Under the pieces are notes generated by a model that did not search any database, had not been told where the DNA came from, and was given only the letters and a program-made list of their open reading frames with translations. This document shows, in pieces, positions 1 through 12,661 of a stretch of 64,000 nucleotides of DNA. The stretch comes from Podarcis tiliguerta (Eukaryota), in the NCBI GenBank assembly GCA_965153285.1, contig OZ229113.1; one strand, given 5' to 3'. Made by a program: the position numbers and the translations under genes. Each line of letters begins with the position of its first letter. Position 1 is the stretch's first letter.

Positions 1-3000
1 AGATTAATATGAAAATGGACAAAATTGATTTATGGGTATCCAGATAGTGGCATGGCTTGGAGATGGATTGAGTTGTTCATTATTAGTCAAAGTGAATTAG
101 AGGAAGAAAAGTTCTTTTCAAACTTTCTCCTGAAGAATAAAATAGGCTATAAGTACATTTTTTTAAAAAGAAAGAAAAAAGAAATTAGCCTTCATGTTTT
201 GCCCAGTTCCAGCCTTGTGGAAGAATCCAAATATTTGCTTGCTATACTCTGTCAGTCGAGAAAGCTGTGTACATACCATTTGAGTCAGAGGTGCTCTCCT
301 CCCTTAATGTTCCCACATCAACATTATTCATATTTTGTCTGACCCTCGAAAGTGGAACGCTGACACTTGTTCAAATGGAAAATTTCTTTGTGCACAAGAC
401 ATTTTGAAATGCTTTCAGACCCTGTCCTACAACGATTTGTTGTACAGTTGAGCAGCTTCTGTGGAGTTCTGTGCAAGGCCTCTCTCTTCAGCTGCATAGC
501 TATCAGTGGATGCAAATGAGTTGCCACAAGTCTCAGCTTTTTCTTCCCCTTGAAGCAGTAGGCAGGAGATTTGGGGTAGGATTAAAAGACACAAGCAGCA
601 ACAAAGTAATTGGATGTGAAGAAAAAACACCATTCTTACCGATACATGTAGCAGCTGAATAATTTAACCTTTAAGAGTTGTTTATTCTCTTATGATCAAG
701 AGGGGGGGAAATGTCAAAGCCTTTCGTTTGCTGATATTGTTTACATGGCACTTCTTGAAATGTGTACACTGCAAAGTACCCCTGTATAAGCAACCTCAGC
801 AACAGTAATGAGAAATTAAAATAGAATTTCAAGAAGCACACACAAGCGTCACTTGCCATCATTTAACTTGTAGAGTTTTGGTTTTAAGGAGAGTGGAAGG
901 TGTAACTGCTGTTGTTGAACTCATAGGCAATGCATTATCTGGAGAGAAAAATGGATTGCACAGAATCTGTGTCCTCTCTCCAGGTGTTCTGTAGCCAATT
1001 AAAGTGGAGCACATTTAAAGGTGAACCACCCTGATTTGCATTTTCCAAAACAAGGCATGAACCAAAGCAAAGCTGTCATTTGAAATCCGCACTTCTTCAA
1101 ATTTTGGAGTCTAGTTCTCCAGCCAAGCAATGTGCACAAAAATGCATATACTGGGGTAAAATGTGCATTTTAAAAATGCATTTATTTGTGGAAAATAGCA
1201 TGCATAATATTAGGGAAAATGCTGTTGTGTACATAAGGAGAGTTTCACACTAAAATGCTGATAAAGTTTCATGGGGATTTTAAAATTAATAAGTAGTTGC
1301 AGAATGAGATGGAACTGTGGAGAGCTAAACCCAAGAGTGGAAAAAGGAAAAACTGAGAGAAATCAAAATCAACAGATCCGCTATGTTTTCTAGAAACCTG
1401 GAAAACCAGAGTTGTAAAACACACGGGGAGCCTCCACAAATAGAGGAGCTTCCATACTTCAGATGTCTCCAACACATAATGGTGACTGGTTCCCATTTAA
1501 GTGCCTGCCTCAGGTTTACTTAACTTGGATACACAACACCAGAAGAGGGCTAAAATTCCAAGGAAGTCTGTCACTTAAATGTGGGTGTGCAATTATAGCT
1601 CTAGGATTTCTTCCACTGTTGCTGGTTTCACCCCTTCCTGGCTTAAAATGGTTGTTGTCTGTTGAAAGTGCTTGTTCTTACTAGAGGTCAAACAGTGTGC
1701 ATAGTGATAGCCCTTATAATGGTCGTTCCATGTAGCTCTTTACTTAATACAAGCATATGGTTAGCCAAACAATTGTTAAAGGATTAGAATTGGAGACAGA
1801 GTGTAAAAGAACTGAGTGGGAAAGGTTTGTGGAATATAGCCAAATATCTTGAGAGAGTTGTTGCTAACACTGCTTGAGATAGGCAGGTTCAAAGGTTATC
1901 TCTCCTCTTCACATGTCTCTCCCTCTCAGCAGTATAATAGGCTGCTGGGCGCAAACCACTATGGAGAGAGGAAGGAATATCATTGCCATAAAGAACTTTA
2001 TTCACTAACACAAAGTAACACAGGCTTTCTCAGTACTGATGGGGGAAATGATACTCTGTAGGGTAGTTTTTCTCCTTTGCACACTCCTAACAAAAATGAA
2101 TTCAATAGAAGAAAAACAGGCATGGCCTCTCAACAGAGCAAAAATGTGCCTTTTAGCATGCTTAAAAAAAAAAAAAAAAAGCAACCCTGACTTCCAGATA
2201 GAATCCAGAATGCAGTTTTTGATGTTTAAGACCTAAGCAGTTTGGGTCCAGAGAACTTTAAGGGGACCACCTTTTTCTGTATACTCTGCCTGTGAGTTCA
2301 AGTCGTCTCGTGACACCCTACTATGTGTGGAATGGTCTTCTACATTTTGGCTTTTGACTGCAGAAAAGTAGGGCTTTCTCTCTGGTGCAACAGCTACTGG
2401 TCTGGAGAGCCTGCAGTCTGGCTAGTGGAAGGGGGGCATTGAATGGGCAGACATGTGGCAGTGAGTCATTGGCAGCAATTGATGGTGTGCTATGAAAACC
2501 CTGTGCCCAACAGTTATGCAATCACCCTGCCGTTTTACTTTAACTTTGAAGACTTCCCCAGAGTGGACTGAGAGTGGCAGCAAGCTCAGCTACTTGGGTA
2601 CCTTCATATGAGTTTGAGGGACCAATGGGGGCACCAGAACAATGAAAAGTTGGCTAAGCTACGTGTCTAGACTTCTATGGCAAGAATGGTGGGTAGGGAG
2701 TGCACATTAGTGGCAGACAGAAGAATGGCTTCACTGCAGTGCCCAAAGGTTAAAATATAGGGTGATAAACCTCTGGTGATAATTATTACAGGAGAATCCT
2801 TGTACACAAATGCATAAGAATTCAAGGGTGCTCAGTGTGGTACAATAGTGTGGCCAAGAAAGCGTGTGAATGAAAGAATTTGTTGAATGACTAGACATGA
2901 GAACAGGGAGGAGGCTTTGTGAGTCTCACCTCCTTTAAGATTGGAATTCCTGATCTTGGGCATTTAAAAGGGAAGAGGGAGGAGGCTTGCAAATCCTTTG

Positions 3001-5156
3001 TGAGTCTCTCGACTTTTCTTTTGAATCTCCAATCTCACACTCAAGTTTTCATCTCTGCTAATGGGAACAGGGTGGCATCGCCAAATCAGGATTAAGCCCT
3101 GTCCTCTCACCAGAGACATCAGCTGATGAGTAAGTGGGTGTGGTTTGATGAAAACAGCCTGGAGGGCCACATTGGGCCTCCTGGAGGGCCAAGATGGAGG
3201 CTCCTCACCCATGGACTAGAGGGGTGGGCAGGGTGCACTGACAAAAATCATGGAACAATTTAATCAGAACCAGAGATGATACAGTAAAGGGTAAGCTAAT
3301 ATTACCCATTGTCTTTAGGACCCTATTGTCAAAGCGTAGCTTTTTCATTTGTAGACTGAATATTAGTAGGGTAGATCTATTAGTATCAGCTCTGCCAGCC
3401 CCTTCTCCAATGCCAGTGGTTCATCAGGAGGCTTGTGGGGAGCTTGCTGGGGTGTACAAGAACATGCATGGTAGACAAACCTCCCAGAAAGACAGCTTGC
3501 CCACTGTAAATTATCCTTCCGTCCAATGTGCAGCTGCAGGAGATGGTTGGGTGTAAGGCTCAGTGAAATGTCTTCTTGTTTTGGACTCCAATGTGTTGTG
3601 GAATGGGAGGCATTTCAGTTATGTTCAGGATACAAGTTTCAGGGGTGGAGCAGAGCTCTTCAAAACTCTGTTGGCCTTGTGATGTTTCCATGTTATGGTT
3701 TCCCTGAATGCTTCATTCTGAAGTGGGAACGGTACACACAGCAGGGGGACATTATTCCCCTCTGGGAGTGATGCCCAGTAGGGCTGACCTGTTCCTTTCG
3801 TGAATTGTCGATGTATGCTAAAAATGGCCCATAATTCTTCCCTCATCGAGAGTTTCTGTACAAGATATACAGGGATACACAGTCAAATCTGTGTGGACAA
3901 GTTCTTTGCAAGTGGACAGCTTATATGATCCACCATGAGTTTAAGAATCATATGCAAGTGCCCGTTTGGCTATACTGTTTGTCTGCAGAATTGGCTGTAT
4001 GAAGTCAGCGTCTCTGGTGGCTTTCTTCCCACTGCCCTGTTCCCATTCCATAGCACCACTTGCCAAAACTGGAGCTTGAACTGTGGTAACATGGGCTTGC
4101 TTTCAACAGCTGGGGTTAATCAGAGCAGGATTAGTATTAATTCAGAACCATACTTCAATACACTAATGAGGGGCTTATTTAGTAATTGTCCTGGATTGTT
4201 GTCTTGTGCGTTTTAGGCTGCAAATCCTGGACACACTTTCCTGGGAACAAACCTTGTTCAGCACTGTGAGATTTACTTCTGAGTAAATAAGTATAAGCAT
4301 GCTCTGCTAGTGTTGTTAACTTCCCAGAGTAAATGAGATGGGACTGGAAATAATTATCCAGACAAGTTTAAGCTTTTTAAATAATGTTCAAATTTGGCTG
4401 AACAATGCCCAAATATTATGCAAAAAATAAATGAACTAGTTCTCGGGGAGAGAAGTAACAACAAAATCTCTTTCTTGTTCCTTTGTTCTGGATTACAAAC
4501 ATGGCTCGCTTGTATTGGTTGTTTTGCGAGTTTAGGAATAGCAGTAGCGATACAAAGCACCTCAGCTATCAGAACAGTCAGAAGATACCTTTGCTTAGAG
4601 AGAACCGGCTTGGTTCCATATGGACCATTTTGTAGTTGTCTAAAGTGTAAATTTGCTGCTTCTTTTCAGTGTTGAAGTAGGTAGGGGCAGCCAAGCAGAA
4701 ACTCATTTATCTCTTTAGGCCCCTGAAGTGCCGTGCCCAAAGGCATGCCACAGGCCTTACCTCACAAGCTGAGCCCAGTATTTCCAGCAAAGCATTTGAA
4801 GCGCAGCATTGCGTAGCAGAGCACTGCTTAGGGCCTGGGAAGTGATACATATGTGCCAATAATTAAGAGGCTTGCTCTGTGTCTGGAGGACATGGCTCAA
4901 ATGCAAATGAAGGCGGGAGCAGAATCCAAGCCTGTCGCTTAACCAGCTTTCTGAAAATGACAACTGCAAATTTTAATATGCAAGATACAAGTGAGAAACA
5001 CAATGCGTGGTTCTAATGTCATCTTGAAAATGATATATACCCTCTGTTTCGTACTGCTAAAATAATAATAATCAGATGTTTCAGCTCAGTTTTCTTACAT
5101 TCCTCAGATGGTGTGGTAGTCTCCACAAAACCTGCTTCCCAGTAACTCAGCCTCAT

Positions 5157-5170
5157 GTTGCCTTGGTAAC
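5157..5170. promoter_or_regulatory. RFX X-box motif
   Basis: GTTGCCTTGGTAAC closely fits the 14-bp X-box palindrome. Function untested. Confidence 0.4.
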
Positions 5171-5679
5171 AAATTAAGCTTTGGTCACATGGAACTATGC
5201 CGATTGTATTGTTCTTCCCCATGGCAGGGCCAGCTCCTCACCCCCTGCCCCAGCCACATCAAGGAAAGATGATTCCCCATTAGGGCTACGTACATTATAT
5301 AATGATGTGTGCAAATAGCATTCTCTCTACCCCATCACAAGGCAGTGACGTTGTATTCACTGGATTCCCCACAATGCACTGGGGGGTGAGGCTAGGTAGC
5401 TAGCAAGATCCTTTCCGCTTCTGAGTTTCTATGACTTAACACAAACATTGAATATGAAAGAAAACAATGCTTAGTGTTTGCTCCACTAGTTAATGCATGT
5501 TTATTAATTTGCTAACTGTGATGTTTTTCTTCTCTGTCCACTGGCATCAAAAGCCAGTGTATGTGGAGAGGGGGAACTTGCACAGTTTTTAGAAGATGAA
5601 CAGGATCAGGCTAAGAAGAGAATTCCTCCATTTCAGATGTAAAAACATTTAAATTGAGAGCCACATAGTTGATAGAGTT

Positions 5680-5900
5680 CAGTGGTACCTCTGGTTAAGT
5701 ACTTAATTCATTCCGAAGGTCCATTCTTAACCTGAAACTGTTCTTAACCTGAAGCAACTGCTGCCGCCGTGCTGCCAGACCATAATTTCTATTCTCATCC
5801 TGAAGCAAAGTTCTTAACCCGAGGTACTGTTTCTGGGTTAGCGGAGTCTGTAACCTGAAGCATACGTAACCTGAAGCGTATGTAACCCGAGGTACCACTG
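5680..5900. mobile_element. Non-autonomous Tc1/mariner-type MITE (CAGTGGTACCTC TIR family)
   Basis: Starts CAGTGGTACCTC (5680) and ends GAGGTACCACTG (5900), followed by TA. Contains internal TAACCTGAAG repeats. Closely similar to the copy at 38886-39117. Confidence 0.9.
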
Positions 5901-8348
5901 TATTCTGCTTCCTGTTCAGCCATGGTGAAGCTCGCTCTGAAGGCTAGGATCTGGTCTAGCAGCAAAGAAATGAAAATATATACTTACACCAGCAGTGAAG
6001 GAGTAGTTAAGCAAAACTTGGGGAGTTTGTGTAAATAACCCGATGAACAACTGAGATTTTAGAGTGATGTGGGCTATATGTAGCATGTCTGTGCATTTTT
6101 TTGGTTCATATGTGTGTGTTGACTTTGTTTTCTTCCTATACTGTAACTGATCCTTATGTTAACAGTTCTATGATACGGTGCAAATCTTCAAAACTACAGG
6201 ATTTTGGGGGATTCTCAGGCTTGGCACACTGTAATCTGGAAGAGGTGTGGATTTTCTTCTATTATACAGCTCTGCAACGTAGACATGATAACAGTGTTAG
6301 GCTGGTGGGCCCTCTGCTGGTATTGGGGCCCTAGCATACAGTCCACCTTGTGACTTTCTGGAGCTAGCCCTACTAAAAGCAAAGGCATGTATTGGCTAGT
6401 TTAGTGTGAGACAGTCCTGATCACACACATGCCCATTTCAATGTAGAGCTTCATATTTTTTTTAACTTGGATTCTCCTATTCCTCCCCCATCCCCCGAAA
6501 AAGCAAGTTGTCTGAGTCTGTGGCTGTGATTGGGGAGGATTCAGGCTCTTTTGAAACAGAATAGGGTAATCTGGGACCAGGCCTCTAGAACATGTAGTTT
6601 GGTATGAGTTAAGCCCCTATTTTTAATTTAAAGCCCATAATATAGTTTCCTTGGCAGGGAGATTCATAAATCTCCATTTCATCCATACAACAGCTGCATG
6701 ATAATGGAGCTTTCACCGGCGCTGCCACTATCTCCACTAAGCCTGCCTCTCAGGACTTGTAGGATTCTGTTATAGGAATATCACCCGGTGCCAGTCTTCA
6801 CAGACGTGGGAGCATTATTGAAAATATTCTGGTGCCTCACATTGATATGCAGGTCCATGGTCATTAAAATTTTATCATATAAACCCTGCCGTCTGCACCG
6901 AAGAGGAATTGAGAGCCTTGGCAGAGAGTGATCACATATTTTATCAGAATCTTCTGCCGGCAGGCGAAGGGGGAGGACGAGGCCCAGCAGGTTCTGAGCA
7001 AGGGAAGGACTCAAAATAATGTCCCCTTATAACTTAAAGGTAACGTTGAAACTCACCCACATAACACACACATGAGGAATTGACATTCATCTACCCTAGT
7101 TGATTTTAGCCTTCCCACCCCCCACCCCAGGTAGTTCAGTGCCCCGTATTATCGTGGCAGTTCAAGCTATTTACGCATGATATCATTTTCATATCCTTCT
7201 CCTGGAAGGCAGATATTAATCAGAAGGTGCCACTAAGAGCCAAAGCAAAAAAGGCAGCAAGCTATTGATTATAAAGTTGACTTATCAGGGGTCAGACTAT
7301 CCGATTAGCAGGTTCATAAACTGCATGGCTTTGGCTGGCTGGAAAACAAATGGAAATTCATTTAGCTGAATGCAGCTGACTCGGATGTTTTTACATTGTG
7401 CTAAAAGTAGAGTGCCACATACTAGCTATTCCCCAACTGTGTGGCAGCGCACATGAGCCTGCTGCAAGAGAAATGCTTGTGTGTGGCAAGAAGGAAATTA
7501 GTTGCATAATTAATAGCCTCTGTGTGCCCAAAGAAACCATGCGCAGAGGAGAGGCTGCCTGCTCTGACTCTGTGCGATGCATGGCTCTGGAGTTTATTAA
7601 CTGCAAATGAACCTCCATGGCATGCATATAATTTTGCTCTTTGTCTCCAGAGTCCAGATCCAGGGGCAGCGGTGGTGTGAGACCTGGTGGTATGTGAGGT
7701 GGGGTAGACTACCCACTCAGTCTCTTAAATGAATAGCAACAAGAGTTAATAGTCACTTATAAAGCTAGCCACACTGACCTGCCTGGCCATCATTGCATTC
7801 ACCTTCTTTCTTTCTTCTTATTTGAGGGAAACGTTACAATATCAGTGCCCATTCAACAAATGGTGTTCTTTTGAGTGACTAGTCAGAACCATTTATGTGC
7901 AAATGTTTCATCTTATATGGCAGAGATAAGCCATGCATGCAAATTGTGCATCAAAGCCATGAAATGGGCTACACATGCAGTCAAAATAGGACATTCAGAA
8001 GCCGAACAAATGGAGAATGGGTGCTGAAAATGCACCTTGTCTGGGATGTCATTTGGTCTAGGATCAGCCCTGGTTATACGCTCCAAGGCTTACGCAGAGG
8101 ATTGCATGGCAGGATTGCATGGCACCAGAGGAAGGATCCAAGCTCTCACAAAGCCTTTTTCAGATTCCCCATAAGAGTGAATGTGCAACACAGAACTTGG
8201 TTTTATTCAGAGTGGCTTGGAACACAAATCACACACTGAAGCTGAGGGAGTACAGAGCAACTTAGAAACAGATTGGTTTTTTGAAAAGCACAGATACCAG
8301 GCAAATCTTGGAGCTTGTGCACACACCAACTGGGCATTGCTGTGGCAC

Positions 8349-8527
8349 CATAGGAGCCAACTCCAGGGGGCTGAGGGGGCTTTGGCCCCTCAATAAAATA
8401 TTTGAGGGGACTGCCCCCCCCAAAATGAGTGGCATTGCCATTCAAATGGTGTGCATGTGCTGCGTCATGTGATCAGTTATGCAGGGTGGGGCTCCCCCCC
8501 AATATTTTATTCAGGTTGGCACCCCTG
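8349..8527. mobile_element. Non-autonomous hAT-type MITE
   Basis: Imperfect TIRs CATAGGAGCCAAC...GTTGGCACCCCTG, flanked by a perfect 8-bp TSD TGTGGCAC (8341-8348 and 8528-8535). Confidence 0.85.
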
Positions 8528-8709
8528 TGTGGCACAATGTCAAGCTGAATCCAGCTGCAGGGGTAGGAGCACACTAGGCTGCATGATGCTTGGCTTGTGC
8601 TGTAATCCTTACGGAGAGAAGAGAAGCCATGCACACTGCCTTGAAATGTGAGACTTAAATTGATTTGTGCCTTAAATTGGTTGTCGTGTGACCATGATGC
8701 CTCGCAAGG

Positions 8710-8920
8710 TGATGTAATGTAGTAGTTAAGAAAGTGAGATTTGAGGTGGGAAAGTTGCAGGTTTAAGTCTTGCTGATATCCATAAACTATTTGGGGAGCT
8801 TTAGGCAAGCCACTGGTCTGTTTCACATTAGTAATGGGAAGATAATAGCACTTGCAGGGATGTTGCAAGGATTACTGAGCTGTATAGTGAGATACCTCAA
8901 ATGCTTGAAATATGCATTTA
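8710..8920 (+). mobile_element. Degenerate MIR/CORE-type SINE
   Basis: tRNA-like head (TGTAGTAGTTAAG...CAGGTTTAAGTC), then TTAGGCAAGCCACT and a core-like GATAATAGCACTTGCAGGGATGTTGCAAGGATTA. Boundaries approximate. Confidence 0.55.
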
Positions 8921-11900
8921 ATAAAAACGCAATTATTATTGCGATATAACCTCTGTTGTATGGCCAGTCCTAAATGATGTATGGAATCAAAGTGGTCTGT
9001 ATATTGGCAGTGTATATTTAATACCAGTATACTACTGAAAACCCGTTTCTGTGGGAGAAGCAATGGGGGTGGCTGTTGCTTTTATATCCTGCTCCTGGGC
9101 TTCCTGGAAGCACTGGCTCATTGCTCTAGGACACACATGTGCCTCAGAATGCCTGTTGCTGCCTGGGCTCCCCACAGGCTTCAGGTTGTGTCACTGTGGG
9201 AACTGAGGTTGAACTGGATGGGCCTTGGGCCGAGCTCTCCTTACGTCCTTATTTAAATGTGACAGTGAGAAAAGCTGACTAATTTAAGATCGGTATGAAA
9301 AAGTTTGGTTTAAAATGAGCTTCTGGCACGTAGACTCTGTGTTACTAATGCCAGCTAGTACCTGTTTCTCAAATATAAAATAGAACATGAACAGCTGCCC
9401 CAATCCCATGTGTGAAAAGGAAGGGAATGTTGTGACATTACGAGGAAGGGAGCAGGTTTTATTGGATTATTCGCACACCAATACCTCTGAGGAGTTGTGA
9501 AAATACAACTTTACAAAGTATCAGTGCGCAGAGCCAAAAGCATTCCAAAGTCATTGATGTACATGCATGCAAAAAAAAGTCATACAAATGTAATTTTAGG
9601 TGCCAAAACCGTTTACTTTTGCTTAGCAAGAACTAACATTTGCCCCTGAAATTAACAGCTTTGAAGATCACTGGTATGTTTCTTCTCAGATTTTCTCACC
9701 TCTTGTTTTAATAGCTTAGATTTTACAAGACTGGTGGCTAATTAGAGAAGCTTTCTGAATGCATGTGCTTAAGATTTCTCTGTAAGCCTTGTCCAGTTAT
9801 GCATTAGAAGCCTTTGTACTTGCTTCAGTTGTTGCATTTTCTTCCTCTTCGTCCTCCTCTTCTTCCTTTGATAGATTAAACCCTGCAGCCTTTTGCCCTT
9901 TAAACAGTGTGTCAGTCCAGCTATGCCAATTCTAAATAGAATTACTTTTCTCCAGCAGTTTGTCCTGAGGTCTATAATAACTTAAGCAATCATTTTAATC
10001 ACTTGAAGTGACTGACATCATGCTGACGGAACCCTAAGGAACTGTGGGGAAGCAAAGGAAAGTTCACTTCTTGAATATACTTCAGAGAGAAAGAAAGATG
10101 GGTCAAATGGTATACAGAATTATGTTTCTAAACTTCCACCCCACCCCATGGCCAAGCTTGTTAACACTAAAGAGCTGAGGTCAGAGTCCTGCACCCTGGT
10201 TTTCCAATGAGGAAAGGCGAGTGGGAGAGCTGCTATTGCACTCATATCCTTCCTTGTGGGCTTCCTATGGGCATTAATTGTGGGAAAGATAAAATGTGGC
10301 ACTTGATAGGCCTTTCTTTTGATCCAGCAAGGCTTGAGGTTGTAATTTGGAGAGAAAACTGTTGGCATGACCATTACACTAGGCTCTCCATTTTCTTAGT
10401 GTTGCCTTATCTAGGGCACATCTGGGCCTAGGCCCTGCAGCTCTCCTATCTTACAGATTTCCCCATTCTATGGAGCTTCCACTTTTCCATTAGACTATGA
10501 AATCTCAGTCCTCCAGTCTAAGGGTTGTCCATCTTTTTGGACTAGTGGGGTACATTTCAGAGTGCTGTGGGCACCAGCCACAAAATGGCTGCCACAGAAG
10601 TGGTAACACAAATTTAGTGTCAGCCACTGTGACAAGCTTATTCTTACTATGGGTTGTCAGCTACATCCTGCTGGTCCTGATTATGGAAATCACGCACATA
10701 TGCACAAATGCCTGGGAGGCACATTTTGCCCCATAACTGTCTTTTTAGGAGGGCTAGAGATTTGCTTTCTTAAAACAAAAGCTCAGAGACTTCACAGGCA
10801 CCATGGCACAAGAGTTGAGTGATCCCTGCTCTAAGCTGTTATGGTCCCACACAACCTCACCAGTTTTACTTTCTATATTAGGGTAGCCATGTGCAAAAGA
10901 GGAGATGGCTCTTTAATAGTTGTACAGAAGAGAGAATTCTAACAAGTGCAACTGTTGAAATTCCTCCTTCTACACAAGTATTAAAAGCTCAAGAGCCCTG
11001 CCGTCTTTTGCAACTGGCCACCTTAATCTGCTTAGGTATGTCAGATTCGCTGGCCTATAAGAGTATATATCCATATTGGTCAAGTATTTTGCTACAGCCA
11101 AGAAATGCTGCTGAAATTTGCCCCTTCAGCTCCGGTTGCTTCAGCTCCGGTTGCGCATCAAATCTGTCTCCACCCACAACATACACATGTCCACCCAGAG
11201 GTAAGAAAACTGCATGCAACTGGGTACACAAACAATGACTTTGTCTTTTTTGGATCCCCCAATTAACTGGAGAGAGCCTATTGTGTAAAACACTTACACG
11301 TGGAGGCTGTTTGTATATGACTACCTCTAGATAAATGTAATGAGGTCAGGAAATGGGACCATCAAGACAATCGCTCTTTCCTTTCACACACACTGTTGTG
11401 TGAACAAGGGTCTAGTTTCAGGTTAATGTTGTGTGTATTGTCTATATAATTTAGAAACTCATTTGAGTCCATTGGATATGCAAGAATGTAGTTGCTTCAG
11501 AAAAAGAGAGAGAGAGAGAATTCTATTCTAATACCTGTAGTGAATGTCATCAGTAAGAAATGATGCACTTTTTAAATGCTGAGACAATCTTAAGTCTGCT
11601 ACTAAGCCCTGCCTCGTTTCCCCCTTCCAGTCAGCACTTTTTCCTATGACGTGTGTAGAATCTATATCTCTCCATCTCTGTCTCTGTCTGTCTCTACCCA
11701 TGTGAATATATTATTATAAGAGAAGAAGCAGTGAATGGGAACTTAGCTAATTTCTGTTTGACTGATAATCTAATTTAAGTTTATTGCTAACATGCAAATG
11801 TACGCAAATACAAGTCCCTGCCTCAACGCAGTTACAATCTGATGAAAGGCAGCAAAGGTTGGGTGCACAGTTAAAGATACTTAACGTGCAACCTTTCACG

Positions 11901-12326
11901 CTTCCTCTGAGTTAACTCTCCTTGCGTTCAACAGAGCTTTTTTCTTAATACTGTAAGTATGTTTAGGATTGTAGTATTTAGTTGGGTGTAAAGATGGTTT
12001 GTGTGTGCGTGTGGCTTTAGTTTTGAGAAACCTGTGTTCCCACAAGCTTCCCTATTCTTACCAGTTAACTATTACATCTGTATCTTTCCTTTACTGAGTT
12101 TGTTTTATCCTCTGAGAAAACCTGTAAGTGGGGTTGAGCTAAGGAGTTTTGACTATCCTGGCTCAACCAGGACTTCAATTCCTTGCAACACGTTATCCAC
12201 TCCTTCAAGTTGGGTGTCTAGCAAGAGCCTTTTGGGCTACATTGTCGTGATGAAAGTGCCAAATATGTCATTTGAATGGGCTGTTATACCTTCTGTATTC
12301 TCCTTTTTCTTTATGCTCCATTACAT

Positions 12327-12423
12327 TGTGCTTCTCACATATAGGCACGTATGTTTTCTTACTGTGTTTCACACATACGTGCCTATATGTGAGAAGCACA
12401 TATGTTTTCTTACTGTGTTTCAC
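12327..12423. repeat. Local inverted plus direct duplication (A-B-A'-B), perfect 28-bp hairpin
   Basis: 12327-12354 is the exact reverse complement of 12373-12400. The 23-mer TATGTTTTCTTACTGTGTTTCAC occurs at 12350-12372 and 12401-12423. Confidence 0.95.
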
Positions 12424-12505
12424 TTCAAAGCCCTGAACTTCCTTCAGATTCACTTGTGCAATCTTGTACTTCCATCCAGCATTAATGGCAATTTTGAACA
12501 GTTTA

Positions 12506-12661
12506 CTGTATTCATCCGTGTATAAGACTAGGTTTCCCCCCTAAAAAATAATGTCCAAAATTTGGGAGCTTCTTATACACAGATAGATCTCCCCCCGTGG
12601 AGTCCCCAAAAATAGGGGGTATCTTATACATGAGGGCGTCTTATCGGCGGAATAAATACGG
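12506..12661. mobile_element. Short Tc1/mariner(pogo-like) MITE
   Basis: TA|CTGTATT...AATACGG|TA termini with TA on both sides. Subterminal GTATAAGAC is mirrored by TCTTATAC/GTCTTAT. Confidence 0.75.

Noticed and set aside
5720-5895. Short repeated units resembling a CRISPR or iteron array
   Set aside because: They are irregularly spaced subterminal repeats inside a TIR-bounded MITE in a eukaryotic genome, with no spacers or cas genes.
12001-12525. 174-aa hydrophobic ORF
   Set aside because: T-rich, low-information sequence lengthened by the local duplication. GTG start and no recognisable domain.
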